A stretch of 24,000 nt of DNA. Source: Rhodospirillaceae bacterium (GTDB lineage: Bacteria > Pseudomonadota > Alphaproteobacteria > Rhodospirillales > JABHCV01). Every line of letters starts with the position of its first letter. Position 1 is the first letter of the stretch. The notes under the pieces are model-generated. The model was not told where the DNA came from and ran no database searches. It saw only the letters and a program-made list of their open reading frames with translations. The position numbers and the translations under genes are program-made. Location: assembly GCA_014382375.1 (NCBI GenBank), contig JACNJU010000144.1:23030-47029 (forward strand). The letters run 5' to 3'. Shown here one piece after another: positions 23,620 through 24,000 of this stretch.

Positions 23620-24000
23620 ATGATTTATACCAAACACGGTCGAAGCGGCATGATATCCGCCCCGCACCATCTTGCGGCAGAAGCCGGGGCCAACATTTTA
23701 CGGGCCGGCGGCAATGCGGTCGAGGCGATGGTCGCCGCCGCCGCAACCATTGCAGTGGTCTATCCGCACATGAATTCTATTGGCGGCGATGGCTTTTGGA
23801 TCATTTCTGAACCCGGCCAAGAACCCATTGGCATTGATGCCTGTGGACCCGCCGCCGCCCTGGCCCACGCTGGTGGCCACATCGGAACAGGCGCGTGGAG
23901 GGGCGGAATGGAGAACTCGGGGGACTCCTTCGACGGAACAGAAACAGGAGGAGAAATGGGCGGAGGGGGGGCAGTCCAGGTGAATGGCAGAGTGGCGGGT
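23620..24000 (+). CDS. Gamma-glutamyltransferase family protein, N-terminal part (runs off the window)
   Basis: Absent from the ORF track because it is open-ended. AAGGAG lies 9 nt upstream of the ATG at 23620. My translation is MIYTKHGRSGMISAPHHLAAEAGANILRAGGNAVEAMVAAAATIAVVYPHMNSIGGDGFWII..GIDACGPAAALA, which is GGT-like. After ~23870 the translation no longer looks GGT-like. Confidence 0.7.
   Translation, partial: MIYTKHGRSGMISAPHHLAAEAGANILRAGGNAVEAMVAAAATIAVVYPHMNSIGGDGFWIISEPGQEPIGIDACGPAAALAHAGGHIGTGAWRGGMENSGDSFDGTETGGEMGGGGAVQVNGRVAG

Overview
This is a mostly housekeeping chromosomal segment. Gene content looks alphaproteobacterial, possibly Rhodospirillales-like: a DUF1192 protein, a DUF1013/TrcR-like protein, an IbpA-class sHSP with a ROSE-type leader, cyaY-rpmE, efp-suhB. 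The taxon call is inference only. GC is roughly mid-50s percent by eye. I call about 26 CDS. In order: phnD-phnC (partial) | hypothetical-thiE | efp-suhB | OmpA-domain protein, MotA-like and MotB-like | MFS transporter | cyaY | rpmE | two paralogous membrane proteins, the second fused to a class III nucleotidyl cyclase | hsp20 | small Cys-motif membrane protein | two tandem 4HBT thioesterases | DUF1192 | quinone oxidoreductase | DUF1013 | SDR-prpE-Dyp peroxidase-rhlE on the minus strand | CheY-like response regulator | mini ParB-N protein | gamma-glutamyltransferase family gene (partial). I saw no rRNA, tRNA, CRISPR array, transposase, integrase or phage gene. There are six stand-out observations. 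(1) A tandem paralog pair shares an unassigned ~67-aa N-terminal module plus a 2-TM hairpin, and one copy carries a cyclase domain. (2) An orphan MotA/MotB-like stator pair has long coiled coils and follows a Pro/Ala-rich OmpA-domain protein, with no flagellar or Zorya partner genes nearby. (3) Two unrelated MITE-like or palindromic mosaic elements each sit between convergent genes. (4) A ROSE-like RNA thermometer lies upstream of hsp20. (5) A CheY-like regulator has an Arg-rich tail. (6) The last ~130 nt of the window switch abruptly to purine-rich composition. None of these is proven to be a new system. All functional calls rest on motif recognition by eye, without database searches.
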